Assembly: GCA_030679995.1 (NCBI GenBank)
Contig: JAUXSK010000006.1
Span: 10,328-74,327, forward strand
Direction of reading: 5' to 3'
Length of the DNA stretch: 64,000 nt
Source: Candidatus Moraniibacteriota bacterium
GTDB lineage: Bacteria > Patescibacteriota > Minisyncoccia > Moranbacterales > UBA2206
In this document: positions 28,198-36,996 of the stretch, one piece after another
Numbering within the stretch: the stretch's first letter is position 1
How the letters are laid out: each line of letters starts with the position of its first letter
Made by a program: the position numbers and the translations under genes
Notes under the pieces: model-generated
The model's input: only the letters and a program-made list of their open reading frames with translations
What the model was told of the DNA's origin: nothing
Database searches by the model: none

Positions 28198-29695
28198 AGA
28201 AATAATTGAAAAATCTATCCAGGGCGAATGGCACTTGTTGGGCAATCGGAATGCCCCGCCATTTTTGCTTTGGCTTAAGATGCTAGCTTTGAATAGTGAT
28301 GAAATGAGAAGGATATATGGTACGACCGTAACGGGAGCTGTTATCTACAAGGATTCATTTATCAAATTTTATTTTTTGAGCGATACATTTAAAGAAGTTA
28401 TTAAGTCAGCCACTGAGATATTATTTTCTGAGAATAAGGCGAAAGGTCAATTGGATCAAGTATTGATTTTGCAAGATTATGCCAGAAAGAAAGCGGCTTT
28501 TTTTCTGGAGGAAGATTTAAGAAATTTGAGCGACGGGGAATTATGGAAAAAATATGAAGAAGCCGCCGCTTGCTATGTCAGGCCCCTTCTTTACGGATTT
28601 CTGACTTGGTGCGTTCCGGTTTTCACTGATTATGCCAAATCGATATTAAGGAAACACTTTGATAAGATAGTCGGATTCGATGTGGATGAAAAAACCGCTT
28701 TTGGAATATTGATCACTCCGCATGAGAGATCCCCATATTCCGAAAAAAACGAAGCTCTCGATCGATTGGCGATAAAATATAAAAAACAAATTGGAGAAAT
28801 AAATGGAGATATGGAGGATAAGATAAAGGAAGAATGTCCCGAGTTGGATGCTGATATTTTGGAGTTTTTGGCCAAGTATAAATGGATCGGGTATGATTAC
28901 AGCGGTCCAGCCATTGATTATGGCGAAGTTTTGAAAGATATCAAGGAAAGAAGCCTTGGGATAAACATTGGAAAACAACGGAAAATAAGCAGGGATGGCA
29001 TCATTGAAAAGTGCGGCTTCAGCCCTTCCGAGAAAAACGTATTCGATATTTTTTCCCAACTTACTTACGTCAAGGATGCGCGGAACAGCGGGGATGATTT
29101 CATCCATTTTTGTTTGATAGAATATTTTTTCACTGAGGTCGGCAGAAGATTCGGTTTGACCAAGGAAGCGGTTCAGTTTTTATCTCCCGGGGAATTGGAA
29201 AAAATGTTAAAAGAAAATAAAGTTTACAGCGAGGAATATATAAACGAAAAAAAGAGGTGCTATGTCGCTACCACTATCGACAAAGAAGGAATCAAGAAAT
29301 ATTACGCAGGAAATGAGGCTGAGAAATTTCTAAACAAAATAGAAAAAAAGATAGACCATAGTGAAACAAGAGAATTCAGAGGAACCGTGGCTTGTATCGG
29401 AAAAGTTACGGCAAGAGTTAAAATAGTAAATACTTTTGAAGAATTGTATAAAATAAAAGAAGGAGATGTTTTGGTAACGCATATGACAAGCCCCAGATTC
29501 ATGTCTGCGATTAAAAAGGCGGGCGCGATAATCACCAATGAGGGAGGAGTGACTTGCCACGCCGCTATCATCTCCCGCGAATTTAAAATCCCTTGCATCG
29601 TCGGCACTAAAATCGCCACGCAAGTCTTGAAAGATGGGGATTTGGTGGAGGTGGATGCGGATAAGGGGATCGTGAGAATATTGAATAAATCGTGA
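28175..29695 (+). CDS. PEP-utilizing-enzyme phosphohistidine (swivel) domain protein with divergent N-terminal putative substrate-binding domain (rifampin-phosphotransferase/PEP-synthase-like), paralog 1
   Basis: The C-terminal ~100 aa 'GTVACIGKVTARVKIV...[49 protein letters not shown]' is the PEP-utilizers mobile domain with the catalytic His. The N-terminal ~380 aa is helical and unassigned. Confidence 0.75.
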   Translation: MDIPKNYKEIIEKSIQGEWHLLGNRNAPPFLLWLKMLALNSDEMRRIYGTTVTGAVIYKDSFIKFYFLSDTFKEVIKSATEILFSENKAKGQLDQVLILQDYARKKAAFFLEEDLRNLSDGELWKKYEEAAACYVRPLLYGFLTWCVPVFTDYAKSILRKHFDKIVGFDVDEKTAFGILITPHERSPYSEKNEALDRLAIKYKKQIGEINGDMEDKIKEECPELDADILEFLAKYKWIGYDYSGPAIDYGEVLKDIKERSLGINIGKQRKISRDGIIEKCGFSPSEKNVFDIFSQLTYVKDARNSGDDFIHFCLIEYFFTEVGRRFGLTKEAVQFLSPGELEKMLKENKVYSEEYINEKKRCYVATTIDKEGIKKYYAGNEAEKFLNKIEKKIDHSETREFRGTVACIGKVTARVKIVNTFEELYKIKEGDVLVTHMTSPRFMSAIKKAGAIITNEGGVTCHAAIISREFKIPCIVGTKIATQVLKDGDLVEVDADKGIVRILNKS

Positions 29696-29729
29696 TATAA
29701 TAAAAACATAAATATTTAAGAATAAATTT

Positions 29730-30677
29730 ATGGGTTTCGAAGAAGGCGACCCTAAAGAAATAACACTTGAAAAAGAACCCAAATATGTCTTTATGATCAC
29801 AAGGCATGCGGAAAGGCTGGCCTCGGGTGAGCTTTCTCCCGAGGGCGTTGAAAACGCAAGTGGGAAAGGCGGGCAGATCGGAGAAATGGCCGAGGTACTG
29901 AAGGCCTATGCCAGTGATGAAAAAAGTGACCGGGCTTTTGTCACGGGCGATCTCATTTCTGAAAAAAGCGGAATCAAATCGGAATTAACCGGGAAACAGT
30001 ATGTTACGCGCAAAGTCGAGGATATACAATATGGGATATTAAATCCGGATTTGAAAAAACAATTAGGTAAAGCTTCTGATTTGATCAATGAAGAAACTCT
30101 GCGGGAATTAGGTGAATCAACTGAAAGAGACGAAAATGGAAAATTGAAAGTCGATCTTACGAAATTGCCTGATCAAGAAAAAATCGCACCGATCCGGGCC
30201 AAAAACCAAGTAGTCGGATTCAGATATATCCTAAGGGAAGAAAACGATGAGGCAGTAACTCGAATGGCTATGGGGCTGGCACAACAATTGAATCACGAAT
30301 TTGAAATAGCCGGAAGATATAATGATAGATATAGGAGCGGAGAGGATGCTAACTTTAAAAAAGATGCTGTCTTAAATACCGTTACCCACGGTATGTTTAT
30401 GGAATCTTTGTTGAAAAAAACTGGCATTATGATAGGAAAGGATGAGCAGGAAATGCCAATTTCCGATTTTGAAAGCGAGGGCTTCGGCGGTTTCATCGAT
30501 ACTAACGAATCGATCTATTTGGATATCAAGAATCCAAACGATCTGCCGGATAAAATACCGGTCAGGTTCGAGGGCGGCAATAGGCCGGCGGAAGGCAAGG
30601 TTTTTATCGACAAAAAGAAATTGCTGGCATTGGTGGACAAATATAAAGAATGGAAGGCGTCAAGAGAATCAGAATAA
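29730..30677 (+). CDS. histidine-phosphatase-superfamily (PGM-branch)-like protein
   Basis: 'FMITRHAERL' matches the RHG catalytic His motif and the later 'NTVTHGMFMESLL' matches the second His motif. Weak; family assignment by motif only. Confidence 0.4.
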   Translation: MGFEEGDPKEITLEKEPKYVFMITRHAERLASGELSPEGVENASGKGGQIGEMAEVLKAYASDEKSDRAFVTGDLISEKSGIKSELTGKQYVTRKVEDIQYGILNPDLKKQLGKASDLINEETLRELGESTERDENGKLKVDLTKLPDQEKIAPIRAKNQVVGFRYILREENDEAVTRMAMGLAQQLNHEFEIAGRYNDRYRSGEDANFKKDAVLNTVTHGMFMESLLKKTGIMIGKDEQEMPISDFESEGFGGFIDTNESIYLDIKNPNDLPDKIPVRFEGGNRPAEGKVFIDKKKLLALVDKYKEWKASRESE

Positions 30678-30695
30678 TCTTTTAATTACAACTAT

Positions 30696-32195
30696 ATGTC
30701 ATCAGCGGTCATGCATTCGGGGAAATGGAGAATCAAGCCTTCAGGCAAGCTTCCGATTTTCTTGCGTTTTATGATAAACTCTGCTTTTAACAAGGAGGAT
30801 ACTGGCAAAGTCGAAATTAAAACCGTGCTTTGCAACCGTACATTCTTGAACCATATGATGTATTGGGAAGCCTCGGAATATAACAGCTTCGAAAAAGAAG
30901 TGATTGACCATCTCAAGGCTAATGATGGCTGGTTTGAACGATATTGCCAGCGTGAATTGGAAGAATGCGAGAATCTGTATAAAAAAGGATTGGAACTTAA
31001 AAAAATCAATTGGAAAGAAAAAGACAATTCTGAGTTGAAGGAATCCTTGGCTGATATATTGAATAAATATAGGAGTCTGGTCGGCGCATGGTATGCGCAA
31101 TATCCGCTGGATGAATATTTTGAGAACGCGATTGAGAAAAATTTGGCGGAATATATCCCTTCTAGCGATTCTGTATTCAGGAACCTAGTGCTGACATTTA
31201 CCGATCCGGAAAAAGCGACCGAAGTGAGCCAGGAAAGGATAGCTCTATTGGAGATTGCGAAGGATTTTTTTGAAAAAATGGAGGATCTGGATGGATTATC
31301 GGCTGAGGCTAGGAATATTATTGATGATCATTTGGATAAATACGCCTATATAAACAGGGGATTGGCTACTAGCCGGCCCTATTCTTTTGAGGACATAATC
31401 AACCGTTTGAAAGAAATAAAAAAACAGGTGGATGCAGGAGAAAGGCTTGAAGATATGGCTTATAGCGCTTCCGAAGATAAAGTGGAGGCGGATTATAAAA
31501 CGGCACTGGATAAGATAAAACCTAAGCCTGACTTTCTGGAAATAATCAGAAAGGCCAAGCATCATTCATATTTGCGCAATAGGCGCGTAGAGGCCTTTTT
31601 CAACGCTGATTTCGGGGCAAGTTTCCTTTATTCCGAAATCGCTCGAAGGTCGGATTTCAACCCTGATGAAATCATGGAAATCACGGATGAAGAAATGTTC
31701 GGTGCACTGGAAGGGAAATCATTGCCTGATGCGGAAGAAATGGCTCGGAGGCATTCCAATTATGCCATGATCGTCCGTAATTCAAAGACGCAGCTTATTA
31801 CCGACCCGGAAGAAATAAAAAAAATGGAAAAAGATTATTTCGTCGATGTCGTTAAATCCGAGGAACTAAAAGGCAAAGTGGCATGTTCGGGAGGGGTCAT
31901 TCGCGGAAGGGCGAAAATTTGCCTGGATAAAAAGGATATCCCGAAAGTAAACAAAGGCGATATATTGGTCGCCCAATTCACTACCCCGGATTTCGTGGTG
32001 GCGATGGAAAAAGCGGCGGCTATTATAGCCGATCAGGGCGGATTGTCTTCGCATGCGGCGATCGTATCGAGGGAATTAGGCGTTCCTTGCGTGATGGATA
32101 CGAAAAACGGCACGAGGATAATCCATGATAATGATCTGGTGGAAGTGGATGCCAAAACCGGCGTGATAAAAATCATTGAACGGGCTACAAGTTAA
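30696..32195 (+). CDS. PEP-utilizing phosphohistidine-domain protein, paralog 2
   Basis: C-terminus 'GKVACSGGVIRGRAKIC...[49 protein letters not shown]'. N-terminal domain divergent, but shares the 'KY.(W/Y)I' motif with the paralogs. Confidence 0.75.
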   Translation: MSSAVMHSGKWRIKPSGKLPIFLRFMINSAFNKEDTGKVEIKTVLCNRTFLNHMMYWEASEYNSFEKEVIDHLKANDGWFERYCQRELEECENLYKKGLELKKINWKEKDNSELKESLADILNKYRSLVGAWYAQYPLDEYFENAIEKNLAEYIPSSDSVFRNLVLTFTDPEKATEVSQERIALLEIAKDFFEKMEDLDGLSAEARNIIDDHLDKYAYINRGLATSRPYSFEDIINRLKEIKKQVDAGERLEDMAYSASEDKVEADYKTALDKIKPKPDFLEIIRKAKHHSYLRNRRVEAFFNADFGASFLYSEIARRSDFNPDEIMEITDEEMFGALEGKSLPDAEEMARRHSNYAMIVRNSKTQLITDPEEIKKMEKDYFVDVVKSEELKGKVACSGGVIRGRAKICLDKKDIPKVNKGDILVAQFTTPDFVVAMEKAAAIIADQGGLSSHAAIVSRELGVPCVMDTKNGTRIIHDNDLVEVDAKTGVIKIIERATS

Positions 32196-32201
32196 AACCA
32201 T

Positions 32202-32792
32202 ATGATAAAAGCGATTTTTTTTGATTTGGGAAATGTCTTGGTAAAAGAGGGATTCGCCTCCGGAATCAGGGAATATGAAAAGGATAATTCCTTGGCGCCA
32301 GGCAGTCTTTACGCGGCAATGCGGGATTTTCCATACTGGAAGGATTTTACGCTGGGTAAAATTTCCGAAAAAGAATATTTCGATGAGGTGAATAGGGGTT
32401 TCAACGGCGGACTGGACGTAAATCGGTTAAGGGAGGTCGTGCTTGGGGGCTTCGTTCAAAATACCGAGCTTGTGGATCATATCAGGGCCTTGAAGAAAAA
32501 ATATAAAATCGGCGTCATTTCCAATAACCCCAAGGAGTGGTTTGGATATTTTTCCGATAACTTCGGATGGAACGGCATTTTCGATATCATCGCGGTGTCG
32601 GGTGATCTGCATATCCGCAAGCCGGCAAAAGAAATTTTTGACTATGCCCTCGCCCAAGCCGGGATATCGGGAGAGGAGGCTATCTATGTCGATGATCGTC
32701 CAGATCGAGTGGAGGGTGCCGTATTGGCGAGGATGAAAGTGGTAATTTTTAAGGATATAAAAAATTTAATTAGAGAAATAGATGAAAAATAA
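32202..32792 (+). CDS. HAD-superfamily hydrolase (subfamily IA, YihX-like sugar-phosphatase type)
   Basis: Motif I 'IFFDLGNVLV' (DxGNV variant as in YihX), motif II/III Ser/Lys, and motif IV 'IYVDDRPDRVEGA'. Confidence 0.65.
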   Translation: MIKAIFFDLGNVLVKEGFASGIREYEKDNSLAPGSLYAAMRDFPYWKDFTLGKISEKEYFDEVNRGFNGGLDVNRLREVVLGGFVQNTELVDHIRALKKKYKIGVISNNPKEWFGYFSDNFGWNGIFDIIAVSGDLHIRKPAKEIFDYALAQAGISGEEAIYVDDRPDRVEGAVLARMKVVIFKDIKNLIREIDEK

Positions 32793-33420
32793 TAAAACAT
32801 TGTATCTTTGGGATCTGGCCGGAACGATTTTCAGGGAGGAGTGGGATGCGGAGAAGACGGGATTTGCCGGATATTATGATTGGCTGGAAACCAGGCTTGG
32901 GAAAAAAATGAGCGAAATCACCCCAAGGGAGGAAGAGGAGATGTATAAGATCCCGTATGGCGAGGGGTGGTATTTCAAGTTGGATTTGATGCCGGGCGCC
33001 AAAGAATCTTTGGGATGGGCGGAGTACAGCGAAGTTTTCACCCAAGGCAATCCGGAGCAGATTGATTGGCGGGCGGAATATCTCACGCCAAGAATCGGAT
33101 TCGATGTGCGGAAATTTTTCAAGAAAATAAATTCGACTTTCGATTATGCGGAAACGAACGTGAAAACCAAAGAGATGCTTTTGGATTATTTGCGGAAAAA
33201 ATATGACGAAGGATTCAAAAGCGTAATTTATACTGATGACAAACTCAAAAATTGCGAAAATTTCGCAGAGGCTGCCAAGGAAATAAAAAAGGAATTCAGT
33301 GATTTTGACTATCGCTTGTACCACGTCTTAAATGATGGAAAGGGCCTGCGGGAAAAGGATAATTATTCAGAAATTGGAAGTTTGAATGACTTGATCGAAG
33401 CGGAGAGTAGGATCGTTTAG
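32782..33420 (+). CDS. hypothetical protein, possible divergent HAD-like hydrolase
   Basis: 'LYLWDLAGTIF' (DxxxT motif-I-like) and 'VIYTDDKL' (motif-IV-like DD). Low confidence. Confidence 0.3.
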   Translation: MKNNKTLYLWDLAGTIFREEWDAEKTGFAGYYDWLETRLGKKMSEITPREEEEMYKIPYGEGWYFKLDLMPGAKESLGWAEYSEVFTQGNPEQIDWRAEYLTPRIGFDVRKFFKKINSTFDYAETNVKTKEMLLDYLRKKYDEGFKSVIYTDDKLKNCENFAEAAKEIKKEFSDFDYRLYHVLNDGKGLREKDNYSEIGSLNDLIEAESRIV

Positions 33421-33437
33421 TTTTAACAAGAGAACAT

Positions 33438-34859
33438 ATGAACCGAACAGACTTAGAAGCAGTGTTTAAGAAGGATTGGTATATCCAAGGATTCAACGGC
33501 GTGCCGATTTTTTTGAACTCTTGCGCCGCAAGCATGGTGCCGATGAAAAAATATTTAGGATACGGGTATACCGGTTTCATCTGCATCTATCAGGATGATT
33601 ATTGCGAATATGGATATTTACACAGCGACCTGGCTGATGTTTGGAGGCAGGCAAAAAAGAAAATAGAAGAGAATAAGAATTATTTGGTAAAAATAAAAAA
33701 ACACTACGAAGAAGTTTTCAAAAAGCATCAAGCGATGTTCGATAATACGGGAATTGGTGAAATTGGCCGGATGGATGACGAGGAGCTTTTGGAATATTTC
33801 AAAAAAAGCTTGTCGGCTATGGCTGACTCCGTAGGTATCGCGCATGTCTTGGAGGGAATCGGTATGGAACTTGAAAAAGAATTGAAGGAGAAATTTTTTG
33901 AATTTTTAGAGGACAAGAAGGATTTCAACAAACATTTCGCCGTTATAACGGCTCCGACAAGGATTTCTTTTATAACCAGGGAAGAAAATGATCTTAAAAA
34001 AATCATGCGATTGGACGGAGAGGCGTTTGAAACAGCGCTTGAGATGCATTTAAAAAAATATTTTTGGATCCAAAACAGTTATGTCGGTCCGAAGAAAATC
34101 AGTGTCGAAATGCTTAAAGAAAGAATGGGAAGTATGGGTGTGGAAGCGGGAGGTGTCTCCGGACAGGAGGGTATTAAAAATATCAAATTAAGCCAGGAAT
34201 TGAAAGGGATGGTTGGAATAATCGATTTCTGCACGATTTGGCAGGATGAAAGGAAGGAAAATATATTGAGATCTATCAGTAATTTGGGTTTTGTCATAGA
34301 AGAATTGTCGTTGAGAACGGAAGTGTCCGCCCATACGCTATCATATTTGGGGGTGGATGATGTCATGGGCATGGAAACGATCGGGGAAGTGAAAGATATG
34401 GAAGGCGTATTGGCAGAAAGGATCCGAGGGGTTTTATTTTTGGTGGACGACAAGGGTGAACGCGATTTCACCGGCAATGCTTATTTGGAATATTCAAAAA
34501 AGAAGAAAGGAAGCGAAGCGGAGAAGCAAAATTTCGAAATGGATTTGCATGGCACGACAGCCAACGGCGGAACCGCTATCGGGCATGTGATCGTTTGCAA
34601 GGATATTGAAACCATAGAAAAGGTGAAAGAAGGCGATATTTTGGTCGCCTCTATGACTCGTCCCGAATTCATACCGGCCTTGAGAAAAGCGGCGGCTATC
34701 GTGACGGACGAAGGAGGCATTACTTGCCACGCGGCGATCGTGGCTCGGGAACTTGGCATCCCAGCCGTCATCGGCACGAAAATCGCGACTAAAATTTTGA
34801 AAGACGGCATGTTGGTCGAAGTCAAAGCTAATCATGGGTTGGTTAAAATAATAAAATAA
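33438..34859 (+). CDS. PEP-utilizing phosphohistidine-domain protein, paralog 3
   Basis: C-terminus 'GTTANGGTAIGHVIVC...GDILVASMTRPEFIPALRKAAAIVTDEGGITCHAAIVARELGIPAVIGT'. Confidence 0.75.
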   Translation: MNRTDLEAVFKKDWYIQGFNGVPIFLNSCAASMVPMKKYLGYGYTGFICIYQDDYCEYGYLHSDLADVWRQAKKKIEENKNYLVKIKKHYEEVFKKHQAMFDNTGIGEIGRMDDEELLEYFKKSLSAMADSVGIAHVLEGIGMELEKELKEKFFEFLEDKKDFNKHFAVITAPTRISFITREENDLKKIMRLDGEAFETALEMHLKKYFWIQNSYVGPKKISVEMLKERMGSMGVEAGGVSGQEGIKNIKLSQELKGMVGIIDFCTIWQDERKENILRSISNLGFVIEELSLRTEVSAHTLSYLGVDDVMGMETIGEVKDMEGVLAERIRGVLFLVDDKGERDFTGNAYLEYSKKKKGSEAEKQNFEMDLHGTTANGGTAIGHVIVCKDIETIEKVKEGDILVASMTRPEFIPALRKAAAIVTDEGGITCHAAIVARELGIPAVIGTKIATKILKDGMLVEVKANHGLVKIIK

Positions 34860-34860
34860 T

Positions 34861-36402
34861 ATGGACGCGCAAGAATTGAAAAAATATTTGGCGGAAAATG
34901 AAATCGACGTGCAAAGCGCCCGGGCGGCGTTCGGGGCGGCGGATTGGGTTTTCCGGGCCTATTCGGAATCGGCGCAGATTACCAGAGTCGGTCATAATCA
35001 CGTCCATTGCTATTTCGGTCCCGGAGAGGATGTCTTCTACCAATTGATTTCGCGGGATGATATCAAAAAAGTTTCCAAAAAGTTCTACGAAGATTATTTG
35101 GAAAACCCTGAGAGTATGCGAAACAAAATCCACGCCCAGCAAGAATTGGCTTTGGAAATCGATCGCTTGGGGTTGGAATATTTGGAAAAGTCAGGAAGTG
35201 GAGTTTCAGATGCGGAGTTTGCCAAATATTTTAGAAATATAATCGAGTTGGCTTATGAATGGTGGAAATATGCCGCTATCGGAGAAGACAAAGCGGAGGT
35301 GGTCAATTGGGAAGTCGTGCCTCGGTTCCAAAAACGTCATGGCATCAGTCGCGAAGAAGCGCGTGAAGCGGTGAGTGTGTTGGCGCATCCGGATGAGATG
35401 GCGGTTTTCAATCAGGAACGAAAGGATTTTTTTGAGATATGTTCGGCGGTTAACCGGCAAATCGATAGTTCTGGAAATGATGATTTCACTAAAGCATGGG
35501 AAGATAAAAATATTCAAAGCTTGGTCAACGAATATATCCGGAATTTTTTCTGGATCAAAACGAATCTTTATGAGGCGACGCGCGTAGATGGGTATTCATT
35601 GAAGGATGAAGTTAAAAATGAATTAAAAATGAAAAATGAAGCCGACCTGGAAAATGAACTGGCTAAAATAGAAGATAATTTCTCAAATATCCATGCTAGT
35701 AAAAATGAAATTAAAAAGCGCCATGCTCTAAGTGAGGCTGATTTGATGGATATTGAATTTTCCCAAAAGGCAATTTTGTGGTTTGATCAAAGGAAATCGG
35801 GAATGATGAAGCAATTCTATTACATCTATTCCATGCTGCGGGAAATCTCAGCGCGCAAACGAATGGATTACCATACCTGTACGTTATATTTTATGGAAGA
35901 GTTGTTTGATTTACTGAAAAGGAATGCGCAAGTCAATCCCACAGTTATCGCAGAAAGGGAAGGCGGGATATTCTTGGCTTTTGAACGAGGCAAGCGCAAT
36001 ATTTTTCTAGGCGATGAAGCCAAGGATTTATTCGGATTGGCCAGTAAAGTCGAACGCGCGGATGTTTTAAGGGGCGTGGTAGCTAGCCGGGGCGGCCAAG
36101 AAAAAGTCAGAGGAATCGTCAGTATCATCATCCGTCCGGATAAGAATGATTTTGAGGAAGGGAAAATTTTGGTGACCAGTATGACGCGGATCGAGTTCGT
36201 GCCGCTCATGAAAAAAGCGTTGGCGATCATCACCAATGAAGGCGGATTGGCCTGCCACGCAGCCATCGTTTCCCGGGAGCTCGGTTTGCCGGCGATTATC
36301 AGCACCAAGAATGCCACCCAAGTCTTGCAAGACGGGGATGAGATCGAGATGGATATGAAGACCGGGGAAATCAAGGTTATCGTGGCGATGTCTGCGGCCT
36401 AA
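34861..36402 (+). CDS. PEP-utilizing phosphohistidine-domain protein, paralog 4
   Basis: C-terminus '[49 protein letters not shown]'. Starts 2 nt after paralog 3. Confidence 0.75.
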   Translation: MDAQELKKYLAENEIDVQSARAAFGAADWVFRAYSESAQITRVGHNHVHCYFGPGEDVFYQLISRDDIKKVSKKFYEDYLENPESMRNKIHAQQELALEIDRLGLEYLEKSGSGVSDAEFAKYFRNIIELAYEWWKYAAIGEDKAEVVNWEVVPRFQKRHGISREEAREAVSVLAHPDEMAVFNQERKDFFEICSAVNRQIDSSGNDDFTKAWEDKNIQSLVNEYIRNFFWIKTNLYEATRVDGYSLKDEVKNELKMKNEADLENELAKIEDNFSNIHASKNEIKKRHALSEADLMDIEFSQKAILWFDQRKSGMMKQFYYIYSMLREISARKRMDYHTCTLYFMEELFDLLKRNAQVNPTVIAEREGGIFLAFERGKRNIFLGDEAKDLFGLASKVERADVLRGVVASRGGQEKVRGIVSIIIRPDKNDFEEGKILVTSMTRIEFVPLMKKALAIITNEGGLACHAAIVSRELGLPAIISTKNATQVLQDGDEIEMDMKTGEIKVIVAMSAA

Positions 36403-36411
36403 TTATCCGGA

Positions 36412-36440
36412 TTTGCTATCCTCCCAATTTTTGCTATAAT
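36412..36440 (+). promoter_or_regulatory. putative promoter (TTGCTA-16-TATAAT) driving a leaderless rplI transcript
   Basis: TATAAT at 36435-36440 sits 6 nt before the rplI ATG (36447). The -35-like TTGCTA lies 16 nt upstream. Confidence 0.35.
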
Positions 36441-36446
36441 AGCTAT

Positions 36447-36887
36447 ATGAAAATCATCCTTCTACAAGATGTGAAAGGTCTCGGGAAAAAAGGCGCCATC
36501 AAAGAGGTAGCGGAGGGTTATGCGCGCAATTTTTTATTCGTGAAAAAATTAGCTGAAATCGCCACCGGATCAGGCTTGAAGAAGGCGGAGGCTATCCAGA
36601 AAAAGCAGGTGGAAAATGACCAGTTAGATTTGGAAAAGACACAGGAACTGGCCGACCGCTTGGAAGGCAGAGCGATCACGCTTATCGTCAAAGCCAAAGA
36701 TGGGAAGCTTTTTGGGTCGGTAGGGACCAAGGATATCGCAAAGGAATTGAAAAAGGAAAATATAATCGTGCCGGAAAAATCGATCGCACTCGAAAATCCG
36801 ATCAGGGAACTGGGAGAATATGAAGTGAAAATCGAACTGGACCACAAGATTGAAGCGATGATCATGGTGCTGGTTGAAAGCGCTTGA
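36447..36887 (+). CDS. rplI: 50S ribosomal protein L9
   Basis: '[31 protein letters not shown]' is the canonical L9 N-terminus. Confidence 0.85.
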   Translation: MKIILLQDVKGLGKKGAIKEVAEGYARNFLFVKKLAEIATGSGLKKAEAIQKKQVENDQLDLEKTQELADRLEGRAITLIVKAKDGKLFGSVGTKDIAKELKKENIIVPEKSIALENPIRELGEYEVKIELDHKIEAMIMVLVESA

Positions 36888-36996
36888 TAAACACCTGTCT
36901 GCAAATGGATATACAATCATTTTTTTAAAAACCAGATATGAAGTCGCAAGGGGAGGCGGCTTTTTCGTTTGTAAAAAATAATTTTTTAATAACATT

